The notes under the pieces: generated by a model
What the model was told of the DNA's origin: nothing
Databases searched by the model: none
What the model saw: the letters and a program-made list of their open reading frames with translations, nothing else
Shown: positions 1 to 8,528 of the stretch, in pieces
Numbering within the stretch: position 1 is the first letter of the stretch
Layout of the letters: every line of letters begins with the position of its first letter
Made by a program: the position numbers and the translations under genes
Assembly: GCA_965116905.1 (NCBI GenBank)
Contig: OZ220732.1
Coordinates: forward strand, 1,184,001 to 1,248,000
Source: Longimicrobiales bacterium
Lineage (GTDB): Bacteria > Gemmatimonadota > Gemmatimonadetes > Longimicrobiales > Gaopeijiaceae
Direction of reading: 5' to 3'
DNA length: 64,000 bases

Positions 1-2
1 AG

Positions 3-788
3 TCCGCCGACGAGGACGTCTGGTACCGGCTCCGCCTGCTGAAGCAGCAGCTCGTGATCGGGACGCCGGACGATCCGTGGATCGCCCCGGGACTCGCCAG
101 GGTGGACGTGCCGATCAGCCCGCCTCAGGTGCTCCAGGTGGCGGACGTGTGGTCCCGGGAGCAGCTGGTTACGATGGTCGTGCTGGCCGACGAAGCGAAT
201 GCTGCCGAAACCGTACTGGGATTGCTTCCCGAGCTGGCGGAGCAATTCGACAGCCAGTACCGGGACTGGGTGCTGGCCAGGATGTTCGTCACCGGCCCCG
301 ATACCGCGCTGGCCCGGACGCTCCGTGAGGACTACGGCTTCAGCCTGGTCGTTCCCACGGTGTATCAGTACCGGATGCTCGACGGGGTCCACATGTTCCG
401 CAACGACAATCCGGATCCGTCGGAGTTGATCCGCCAGTTTGCGATAACGTGGACCAGTCCGGCGGCTGAGCTCGACGCCGACGCTCTTCTCGAGTGGCGG
501 GCGCGCATCGTGGACCAGTACTACGACTACCCACAGTTCGTGAACCTGAAACGAACGATCGAGTCCGCGGGAACGTTCCGCGGCAATCCGGTCGTCGGCG
601 TGCAGGCGGTGTGGGAGAATCCTCCGGACGAGTATCCGGCGGCGGGCCCGTTCATTACGCGCTCGGTGACGTGTACCGACCAGGATCGGACCTACCTGAT
701 CGACGCGTGGCTGTACGCGCCCGACCGTGAGAAATACGAATACATGATCCAGCTGGAGCAGATCCTCGGGTCCTTCCAGTGCACATGA
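3..788 (+). CDS. DUF4837-like protein (5' partial)
   Basis: Frame is open from the window edge. C-terminal 'GPFITRSV..RTYLIDAWLYAPDREKYEYMIQLEQIL' resembles DUF4837. Stop overlaps the next ATG (ATGA at 785-788). Confidence 0.6.
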   Translation, partial: SADEDVWYRLRLLKQQLVIGTPDDPWIAPGLARVDVPISPPQVLQVADVWSREQLVTMVVLADEANAAETVLGLLPELAEQFDSQYRDWVLARMFVTGPDTALARTLREDYGFSLVVPTVYQYRMLDGVHMFRNDNPDPSELIRQFAITWTSPAAELDADALLEWRARIVDQYYDYPQFVNLKRTIESAGTFRGNPVVGVQAVWENPPDEYPAAGPFITRSVTCTDQDRTYLIDAWLYAPDREKYEYMIQLEQILGSFQCT

Positions 789-2293
789 ACAGCAGGAGCG
801 TCACGGAGAACTCGATGCAACAGCCGAAACCGTCCCCGGAATCCCTTCCCACACATCGCCTCGCCATCTTTGCGGCCGCGGCTTCGTTCGCCCTGGGAGC
901 CTGCGGCGCGCAGCCGGACGCCGCCGGTTCGGTCGGCGAATTCGGCGCCGAGGGCGTGGGCTACGGCCATCCCGACCATGCCGGCCACGTGGCGGCCATC
1001 GACGAGATCGTCATGACCCCGATCCGCGAAGGGCTCATCGCGGGCGCGTCGGTCGCGGTCGTGCACGGGGGCGAGCCCGTGGCGTTCCGCGGGTACGGCT
1101 GGGCCAACCTGCAGCTGGGCGTCCCCACACCCGAAGACGCCATCTACGAAATGGGGTCGGTCACCAAGCAGTTCACCTCGGTCGGCCTGCTCCAGGCACA
1201 GGCGGAAGGGCTCGTCGACCTGGACGCGGACATGAGCACCTACCTGCCGGACTTCCCTACCCAGGGGAACGACATCACCGTGCGGGAACTCCTCGATCAC
1301 ACGTCCGGGATTCGCGGCTACACCGAAATGGCGGCCGCACGGCCCTACTTCGTCCGGCGCGTACCCCGGGACACGCTGCTGGCCCTCATCGGCGAGCACC
1401 CGTTCGACTTCCCCACGGGGGAACACGAGATCTACAACAACTCGGCCTATTACCTGGCCGGAATGATCCTCGAGGAGGTGACCGGCACCACCTACGAGGA
1501 CTACGTCGAACAGAGGATCTTCGCCGAACTGGGCATGGACCGCTCGCACTACTGCAGCGAGACCGAGATCCAGGAAGGCAAGGTGGACGGCTACGATGTC
1601 GGTGAGAACGGCCTGGGCAACAAGGGATTCATCGTCCACAACATCCCGTTCGCGGCGGGATCGCTCTGCTCCAGCGCCCGCGACCTGGCGACGTGGCTGG
1701 CCGCTCTCCACGGCGGAGAGGTGCTCGACGACGACGCGTACGCACAGCTGACCGAGCCCGGCGACCTCAACGACGGCACCCGGACCCGCTACGCGCTCGG
1801 TCTGGCGACCAGCGACTTCCTGGGCCACCGGGCCCTGCACCACGGCGGCGGGATCAACGGCTTTCTCACCGAGTCGCTCTACCTCCTCGACGAGGACCTC
1901 GCGGTCGTGGTCCTGGTCAATACGGCCGGCCCTCCCGGTCCGACCGCGCTGGCCGAGCAGATCGTCGAGCTGATGGTCGGAGATGCGACACCGGAGCCGA
2001 TCGCCTTCGACGGTGATCTGTCCTGGTACGAGGGCACGTACTCGGGACCGGCCCGCGGCGGACGGGCCGCGCTTCGCATAGCCGTGGACGGCGATGTCCT
2101 CACCGCGACCGCCGTCATGATGGGCGATCAGGATATTCCCGAGGACAACCAGAGCGCCGATACCCTCGACTACCACGGCGGCACGACGTTCGGTGACGGG
2201 GGCGCGCGCCTGACCTTCGAAGGCGGCGAGGCCAGCGCCACGACCCTGCGCTGGGACGTCGTGTCGGGGTACACCGTGATGTCGAGGCGGTAG
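785..2293 (+). CDS. Serine hydrolase, beta-lactamase class C/S12 family lipoprotein
   Basis: SxxK (SVTK), LLDHTSG, YxN (YNN), HGGGING motifs; lipobox LGAC. Confidence 0.85.
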   Translation: MNSRSVTENSMQQPKPSPESLPTHRLAIFAAAASFALGACGAQPDAAGSVGEFGAEGVGYGHPDHAGHVAAIDEIVMTPIREGLIAGASVAVVHGGEPVAFRGYGWANLQLGVPTPEDAIYEMGSVTKQFTSVGLLQAQAEGLVDLDADMSTYLPDFPTQGNDITVRELLDHTSGIRGYTEMAAARPYFVRRVPRDTLLALIGEHPFDFPTGEHEIYNNSAYYLAGMILEEVTGTTYEDYVEQRIFAELGMDRSHYCSETEIQEGKVDGYDVGENGLGNKGFIVHNIPFAAGSLCSSARDLATWLAALHGGEVLDDDAYAQLTEPGDLNDGTRTRYALGLATSDFLGHRALHHGGGINGFLTESLYLLDEDLAVVVLVNTAGPPGPTALAEQIVELMVGDATPEPIAFDGDLSWYEGTYSGPARGGRAALRIAVDGDVLTATAVMMGDQDIPEDNQSADTLDYHGGTTFGDGGARLTFEGGEASATTLRWDVVSGYTVMSRR

Positions 2294-2295
2294 CG

Positions 2296-5200
2296 TTGTC
2301 CTTCGTCCACCTTCACACACATTCGGAGTACTCGCTTCTCGACGGTGCAAACCGCCTGAAGGACCTGGTCCGCAAGGCGTGCGAGTTCGAGATGCCGGGG
2401 CTGGCGCTGACCGACCACGGCTGCCTCTACGGCGCCTGGACCTTCCAGAAGCTGGCGCGCCAGGCGGGAATCAAGCCGATCATCGGCATGGAAGCCTACG
2501 TCGCGCCGGGCGATCGAAGGGAGCGAGCCCGGTCGGGCCAGGGCGGGAAGGCCCACTATCACCTGGTGTTGCTGGCTCGTGACGCGGAGGGCTACCGCAA
2601 CCTGATCAAGCTCTCGTCGATCGGGTACACCGAGGGCTTCTACTACCGTCCCCGTCTGGACCGGGAGATCCTGGCGCGCCATTCCGGCGGACTCATCGTG
2701 ACTTCGGCCTGCATGGCCGGCGAACTTGCGCGGCACCTGGATGCCGGCAACGACGATCATGCCCGCGAAGTGGTGGACTGGTACGCCAACGCCTTCCCCG
2801 ACCGCTACTACCTGGAAGTGCAGGCCCACGGAACGCCGGGCCAGGCGGCCGTCAACGAGAAGATCTTCGCCCTGGCCGACGACATGGGACTTCCCGTCGT
2901 GGCAACCAACGACGCCCACTTTCTGCAGCCGGACCATCACGCGGCCCACGACATCCTCGTGTGCATCGGGACCGCGAAGAACCACGACGACGAGGGCCGC
3001 CTGACGTACGACGACGGCCTCTACTTCAAGAACCACGAGGAGATGGCGGCGGCCTTCCCCGGCCGGCCGGACGTGATCGAGAACACCCTCCGGATCGCGG
3101 ACGAGGTCTCGCTGACGCTGGAGAAGAAGTACCACCTGCCCGGGTTCCCGCTGCCGGAGACCTTCACCGACGACAACGACTACCTCGTGCATCTGGCCGA
3201 GGCGGGTGCGAGGGAGCGGTATGCGCCGGCGTCGGGATCGGCGGCGGGAGCGGAGGCGGGAGCGGGGGCGGGCACGGAGGCGGGCACGGAGGCGGACACG
3301 GAGGCTGCATCAGCGGACGACCCGCTTCCCCGGCACGTCCGTGAACGGCTCGACTACGAACTCAAGGTCATCCTGAAGACCGGCTATGCGGGCTACTTCC
3401 TCATCACGTGGGACTTCATTCGCTGGGCGCGCGAGAACGGGATCCCGGTGGGTCCGGGAAGGGGGTCCGCGGCCGGATCGCTCGTGTCCTACGCGCTTCG
3501 GATCACCGACCTCGACCCGATCGAATACGGTCTCCTGTTCGAACGATTCCTGAATCCCGAGCGGATCTCGATGCCCGATATCGACATCGACTTCTGCTAC
3601 GAGCGCCGGGGCGAGGTGATCGAGTACGTGCGCCGCAAGTACGGGCGCGACGCCGTCGGCCAGATCATCACCTTCGGAACGATGAAGAGCCGCGCGGTGA
3701 TCCGGGACGTGGGCCGGGTCCTGGGCTTCGAGGTGGGCGAGACCGACCGAATCGCGAAGAAGATCCCGAACCAGCCGGGCCAGAGCTATACGGTGGCCCA
3801 GGCGGTCGAACAGATCCGGGACGTGAAGGCGCTCTACGAATCCGACGACCGTCACAGGAAGCTCTTCGACAACTCGATCACCCTCGAGGGGCTGGCCCGC
3901 CACGCGTCCGTGCACGCGGCCGGGGTGGTGATCGCGCCGGGTCCGCTGAGCGACTACGTGCCGATCTGCACGCAGGGCAAGGGGAGCCGGAACGGGGGCG
4001 GCGGCCGGGCACATGCCGCCGGTTCGGAGGACGGGCCCGACATCGTCACGCAGTACGACATGAACTGCCTCGAGGACGCCGGGATGCTCAAGATGGACTT
4101 CCTGGGCCTCAAGACGCTCACGGTCATCCACGACGCGGTGCAGGCGGTGAAGGATCGCCTCGGCGAATTCCGGCATCCCGACACGGGCACCCTGTACGAT
4201 TCCGACGCGATGGACGACGTGCCCCTCGACGATGTGGAAGTCTATCGCATGCTCGCCAGCGGCGGCACGTCGGGCATCTTCCAGTTCGAATCCAACCTGG
4301 CCCTCGACAAGTTGCGTGCCATGCGCTGCGACCGCTTCGACGACCTGGTGGCGACCAACGCGCTCATCCGCCCCGGGCCCCTCGACTCGGGCATGACCGA
4401 CAAGTACATCAAGCGCAAGCTCGGCCAGGAGCCGGTGAAGTACCCGGCACCCGGTCTGGAGCACATCCTGGAGCCCACCTACGGCATCATCGTGTACCAG
4501 GAGCAGGTGATGCTGATCGCCAACGACCTTGCGGGCTACTCGCTGGCGGAAGCGGACGTGCTGCGCAAGGCGATGGGGAAGAAGGACGCGGAGCTGATCC
4601 GGTCGGAACTGGACCGCTTCCAGGCCAGGCTCGCCGAAAGGGGATTGCCGCGGGGGACCGCCACCGATCTCGCGAGCCGGATCGAGACCTTCGGCCGGTA
4701 CGGCTTCAACAAGTCCCATTCCGTCGCGTACTCGCTGCTTTCGTACAAGACGGCGTGGCTGAAGCGCTACTACCCGGCCGAGTTCATGGCCGCGCTGCTT
4801 TCGTCCGTCCTGGACAAGACGGACGATGTGGTGAAGTACATCGGCGAGTGCAGGGATCTGGGCCGGTATCACCCCGCGCTCGAAGACGGACTCGTGGTCC
4901 TGGCACCCGACGTCAACGAGAGCGGCTGGAAGTTCACGGTTGTCGAGCCCGGCACGATCCGGTTCGGGCTGGGAGCGGTGCGCGGTGTCGGCGCGGCCGC
5001 CGTGCAGTCGATCCTTGCCGCGCGCTCCGAGGGGGGGGCGTTCGCCAGCCTCTTCGACTTCCTGAAACGGATCGACCTGCGGGCCGTGAACAAGCGGGCG
5101 TGCGAGGCGCTCATCGCGTCGGGGGCGCTCGACTCGTGCGGGCACCGTGCCCAGCTTCTGGCCGGTCTCGACGCGGCGTACGGCGAAGTCATGGCGCGCC

Positions 5201-5940
5201 TGCAGGAAGCCGAGCTCGGCCAGGTGTCGCTGTTCGGCGGCGGCGGCGGTCTGGAGCGCCCCGTCCCTGCGCTCCCCACCGTGCCCGAGTGGGAAGACCG
5301 GGACCGCCTGACCCGCGAGAAGGAAGCGCTGGGCTTCTTCATATCGGGGCACCCGCTCGACCGCTACCGCGAGATCGCGGGCGCGTTCGACGAGGTGAGC
5401 GCGCTCAAGGCCAGAATGGGCGACTCGGTCGAGATGGCCTGCGTGGTCACGGGCGTCGCCCGCCAGGTATCCCGCCGTGACGGTTCGGAGTGGGCGAAGA
5501 TTACCATCGAGGGCTTTCACGGCACCGCGACGGTCCTCGCCTTCAAGGACGTGTGGCAAAGCTACAAGAGCACGGTGGAGACCGACGCCGTGGTGCTGCT
5601 GCGCGGCAAGGTAAGCGACCGCGATCGCGACGAAGGAGATCCCCCGGTCTTCCTCGATGCCGCCGAGCCCCTCGGGCAGGTCTCCGGCAGCGGTCGCCTG
5701 GCGGTGCGGATCGATATCGGCGGACACGAGTCTCTGCCGGATGACGCGTTCGCAAGCGCCCGGGCGGTCGTCGACGCCCACCCCGGGGCCGCCCCGGTCG
5801 AGGTGCTGCTTACCGAGCCGAACGGTTCGGGTACGCCTCGCCTGAGGTCGCGTTCCCTGAGGGTGTCCCCGGATCGTGAGACCATCCGCGCGCTCGAGGA
5901 CGTGTTCGGAAAGGGACGCGTGGGCCTGGCGAGAGTGTGA
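2296..5940 (+). CDS. dnaE: DNA polymerase III subunit alpha
   Basis: PHP motif HLHTHSEYSLLDG, GPGRGSAAGS, FERFLNPER.SMPDIDID, KMDFLGL, YGFNKSH, OB fold; TTG start. Confidence 0.97.
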   Translation: MSFVHLHTHSEYSLLDGANRLKDLVRKACEFEMPGLALTDHGCLYGAWTFQKLARQAGIKPIIGMEAYVAPGDRRERARSGQGGKAHYHLVLLARDAEGYRNLIKLSSIGYTEGFYYRPRLDREILARHSGGLIVTSACMAGELARHLDAGNDDHAREVVDWYANAFPDRYYLEVQAHGTPGQAAVNEKIFALADDMGLPVVATNDAHFLQPDHHAAHDILVCIGTAKNHDDEGRLTYDDGLYFKNHEEMAAAFPGRPDVIENTLRIADEVSLTLEKKYHLPGFPLPETFTDDNDYLVHLAEAGARERYAPASGSAAGAEAGAGAGTEAGTEADTEAASADDPLPRHVRERLDYELKVILKTGYAGYFLITWDFIRWARENGIPVGPGRGSAAGSLVSYALRITDLDPIEYGLLFERFLNPERISMPDIDIDFCYERRGEVIEYVRRKYGRDAVGQIITFGTMKSRAVIRDVGRVLGFEVGETDRIAKKIPNQPGQSYTVAQAVEQIRDVKALYESDDRHRKLFDNSITLEGLARHASVHAAGVVIAPGPLSDYVPICTQGKGSRNGGGGRAHAAGSEDGPDIVTQYDMNCLEDAGMLKMDFLGLKTLTVIHDAVQAVKDRLGEFRHPDTGTLYDSDAMDDVPLDDVEVYRMLASGGTSGIFQFESNLALDKLRAMRCDRFDDLVATNALIRPGPLDSGMTDKYIKRKLGQEPVKYPAPGLEHILEPTYGIIVYQEQVMLIANDLAGYSLAEADVLRKAMGKKDAELIRSELDRFQARLAERGLPRGTATDLASRIETFGRYGFNKSHSVAYSLLSYKTAWLKRYYPAEFMAALLSSVLDKTDDVVKYIGECRDLGRYHPALEDGLVVLAPDVNESGWKFTVVEPGTIRFGLGAVRGVGAAAVQSILAARSEGGAFASLFDFLKRIDLRAVNKRACEALIASGALDSCGHRAQLLAGLDAAYGEVMARLQEAELGQVSLFGGGGGLERPVPALPTVPEWEDRDRLTREKEALGFFISGHPLDRYREIAGAFDEVSALKARMGDSVEMACVVTGVARQVSRRDGSEWAKITIEGFHGTATVLAFKDVWQSYKSTVETDAVVLLRGKVSDRDRDEGDPPVFLDAAEPLGQVSGSGRLAVRIDIGGHESLPDDAFASARAVVDAHPGAAPVEVLLTEPNGSGTPRLRSRSLRVSPDRETIRALEDVFGKGRVGLARV
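3244..3303 (+). repeat. 12-bp in-frame tandem repeat (about 5 copies, GCGGGCACGGAG-like) inside dnaE
   Basis: Read directly; encodes AGAE-AGAG-AGTE-AGTE-ADTE. Confidence 0.85.
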
Positions 5941-6049
5941 ACGCCTTCGCCGTGAATTCCATCGCCGCGAGACCCGTAGTGAGAGTGTGAGATCCGCGAG
6001 CTTGTCCCGCTGTCCGTCCCGCAGTCCGTACGTAGAAGAGAGACCAACC

Positions 6050-7513
6050 ATGAGAGCCTTGTTGATCGGCATGACCATCGCACTTGCACCGCTCGGCCTT
6101 CCTGCTCAGGCGCGGGGCCAGGAGACGGAGGAGAGGACCACCGGCCTGTCGGAATTCGTCGGCAACTGGGTGGGTTCCCTGAACGTGGGGACGGTGCAGC
6201 TGCGAATGCGGTTCGAACTCGGCGCAAGCGGGGGCGCGCTGACCGCCAGCGTCTTTTCGCTGGACCAGGGCAATGCGCAGGTGCCCGTCGAGTCCGTGAC
6301 CGTGACGGGGGCCACGGTGGCCATTGCCATGCCGGTGGCCGGAGCCACCTACGAGGGCACGCTGTCGGCCGACGGGAGCCGCATCGAGGGATCCTTTGCG
6401 CAGATGGGCAGCTCGCTGACCCTGAACCTGGAGCGAACCGAGGCGGATAATACCGGGACGCGCCGTCCCCAGGACCCGGTCGAGCCTTTCCCCTATCTGG
6501 CGGAGGAGGTCAGCTATCCCAACCCGGACGGCGGCCACACCCTGGCGGGCACCTTCACGCGGCCTGAATCGGGAGGTCCCTTCCCGGCCGTGATCCTGAT
6601 CTCGGGCTCGGGTCCCCAGGACCGGGACGAGGCCCTGCTGGGACACCGTCCCTTCCTGGTACTGTCCGACCACCTCACGCGCCGCGGGATCGCGGTCCTG
6701 CGCTTCGACGACCGCGGCGTCGGCGAATCGACGGGCGACTTCGCGGCCGCCACCTCACGCGACTTCGCCTCGGATGTGCTGGCCGGCGTCACGTACCTCC
6801 AGACCCGGGACGACGTGGATCCCGGTGCGATCGGATTGGCGGGACATTCCGAGGGGGGCCTGATCGCACCCCTGGTGGCCGTCGAGTCCGATGATGTCGC
6901 CTATATCGTGCTGATGGCGGGGACGGGCGTGAGCGGGGAACGCATCCTCTACGAGCAGGCGGCATTGATCGCGCGGGCGAACGGCGCCACCGAGCGCGCG
7001 ATCGACCAGAACCGGGAGCTCCAGCGCGCCATCTTCGATGTCCTCAAGGCGGAACCCGACGTGGAGCGCGCCGGGGAGGTGCTCACCGACCTGGTGCGCA
7101 CCGCCCTGCAGGACGCAAGCGAAGAGTTGCGCGCGCAGGCCGGGATCACCGACGACGCTGCCCTCGACGGCGCGGTTGCCGCCCAGGTCCAGAGCGTGAA
7201 CACGCCATGGTTCCGCTACTTCCTGACGTACAACCCTGCCGAAACGATCGAACGGGTCACGGTTCCGGTTCTGGCCATCAACGGCGAAAACGACCTGCAG
7301 GTGCCCTACGAGGAGAATCTGCGCGAAATCGAAGCGGCGCTCCGGCGCGGCGGGAACATGCAGTACGAAATCCACGCGCTGCCCGGTCTCAACCACCTGT
7401 TCCAGTATTCCGACACCGGATCGCCGGCCGAGTACCAGGCGATCGAAGAGACGTGGTCGGTCGAGGTCATGGAACTCATCGCGGACTGGATCCTGGAGAC
7501 GGTCGAGGGCTAG
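6050..7513 (+). CDS. Exported alpha/beta-fold hydrolase
   Basis: Signal peptide; ISGSGPQDRD, GHSEGG nucleophile, NDLQV, LNHLFQ catalytic triad pattern. Confidence 0.85.
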   Translation: MRALLIGMTIALAPLGLPAQARGQETEERTTGLSEFVGNWVGSLNVGTVQLRMRFELGASGGALTASVFSLDQGNAQVPVESVTVTGATVAIAMPVAGATYEGTLSADGSRIEGSFAQMGSSLTLNLERTEADNTGTRRPQDPVEPFPYLAEEVSYPNPDGGHTLAGTFTRPESGGPFPAVILISGSGPQDRDEALLGHRPFLVLSDHLTRRGIAVLRFDDRGVGESTGDFAAATSRDFASDVLAGVTYLQTRDDVDPGAIGLAGHSEGGLIAPLVAVESDDVAYIVLMAGTGVSGERILYEQAALIARANGATERAIDQNRELQRAIFDVLKAEPDVERAGEVLTDLVRTALQDASEELRAQAGITDDAALDGAVAAQVQSVNTPWFRYFLTYNPAETIERVTVPVLAINGENDLQVPYEENLREIEAALRRGGNMQYEIHALPGLNHLFQYSDTGSPAEYQAIEETWSVEVMELIADWILETVEG

Positions 7514-7519
7514 CGCCCG

Positions 7520-7557
7520 GACTGCTAGCACAGACTGCTAGCACGGCCTGCTGGCCT
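7520..7557. repeat. 13-bp tandem repeat (GACTGCTAGCAC, 2 near-perfect copies plus 1 degenerate) between convergent genes
   Basis: Read directly. Confidence 0.7.
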
Positions 7558-8440
7558 AGCGGCCAAACCGGGAGACTCGCAGCCGCTCGGCGCGCTGCCA
7601 CAGTCCGGGCGTACCCAGCGCTTCCGCCAGTTCCCGGAAGCCGTCGGTGGCGCCACGCCACTCCAGCTCATCCACGTCGTCGAACAGGGCCGCGCCGTCA
7701 CGCAGCGTGGCGAGGTCGCGGAAGAGGAAAGCGGCGGCCCGGTTCACCCTGAGCGACTCCGCCAGCCGCTGTGCGCCCCGCACCTTGACGCCCCAGCGGA
7801 AGGGGTGTCCCGGGATGTCCTCCAGATGACCGTAGCGGGCCAGAACCGTAGACGTGGACTTCGCTCCCCACCCGGGAACGCCCGGGAAGCCGTCGGCGCT
7901 GTCTCCTACCAGCGCGAGGTAGTCGGGGATGCTCGCCGGGGGCACGCCGAACTTTGCGAACACGCCGTGCTCGTCGCGCACCTCGTTCTTCCGGCGGTCC
8001 CACTGCACCACGCGATCACCGACCACGCACTGGGCCAGATCCTTGTCGGGAGTGCAGATGAACACCCGTTCCACGCGCGGATCGCGACGGGCCCGGGCCG
8101 CCCCCGAGGCAAGCCCGTCATCGGCCTCCAGCTCCTCCATCGGCCAGACGGGCACCCCCATCGCCGTGAGCCCCTCTTCCAGGGGATGGAACTGGGCCAG
8201 CAGCTCGGGGTCGATCCCCTCGCCGGTCTTGTAGCCGGGCCAGAGCTCGTTACGGAACGACTCGATCACATGGTCCGTCGCGACTGCCATGTGGGTGGCT
8301 CCGCGTTCCAGCATGCCGAGCAGCGAAGCGATCACACCGCGCATGCCTCCCACCTCGCGTCCCGCCGCATCCGTTGCGGAAGGAGCGCCGAAGTGGTGCC
8401 GGAAGAGTTCGTAGGTGCCGTCTACGAGGTGGATGTTCAA
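7556..8440 (-). CDS. Stand-alone 5'-3' exonuclease / flap endonuclease
   Basis: LVDG, FRNELWPGYK, EADD, DKDLAQ, LVGDSADGFPGVPGWGAK (H3TH); probable TTG start at 8440. Confidence 0.9.
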   Translation of the reverse strand: MNIHLVDGTYELFRHHFGAPSATDAAGREVGGMRGVIASLLGMLERGATHMAVATDHVIESFRNELWPGYKTGEGIDPELLAQFHPLEEGLTAMGVPVWPMEELEADDGLASGAARARRDPRVERVFICTPDKDLAQCVVGDRVVQWDRRKNEVRDEHGVFAKFGVPPASIPDYLALVGDSADGFPGVPGWGAKSTSTVLARYGHLEDIPGHPFRWGVKVRGAQRLAESLRVNRAAAFLFRDLATLRDGAALFDDVDELEWRGATDGFRELAEALGTPGLWQRAERLRVSRFGR

Positions 8441-8528
8441 GGGCTGGACGCGTACTATGCTGGGGCTGAACGGGGCAGGATGCCCACAGTCGCCAACCGA
8501 CGTACCGAGCGCAACAAGGAGCCACCCG

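Noticed and set aside
2296..5940. Intein in dnaE
   Set aside because: The insertions are short and low-complexity, with no splicing or LAGLIDADG motifs.
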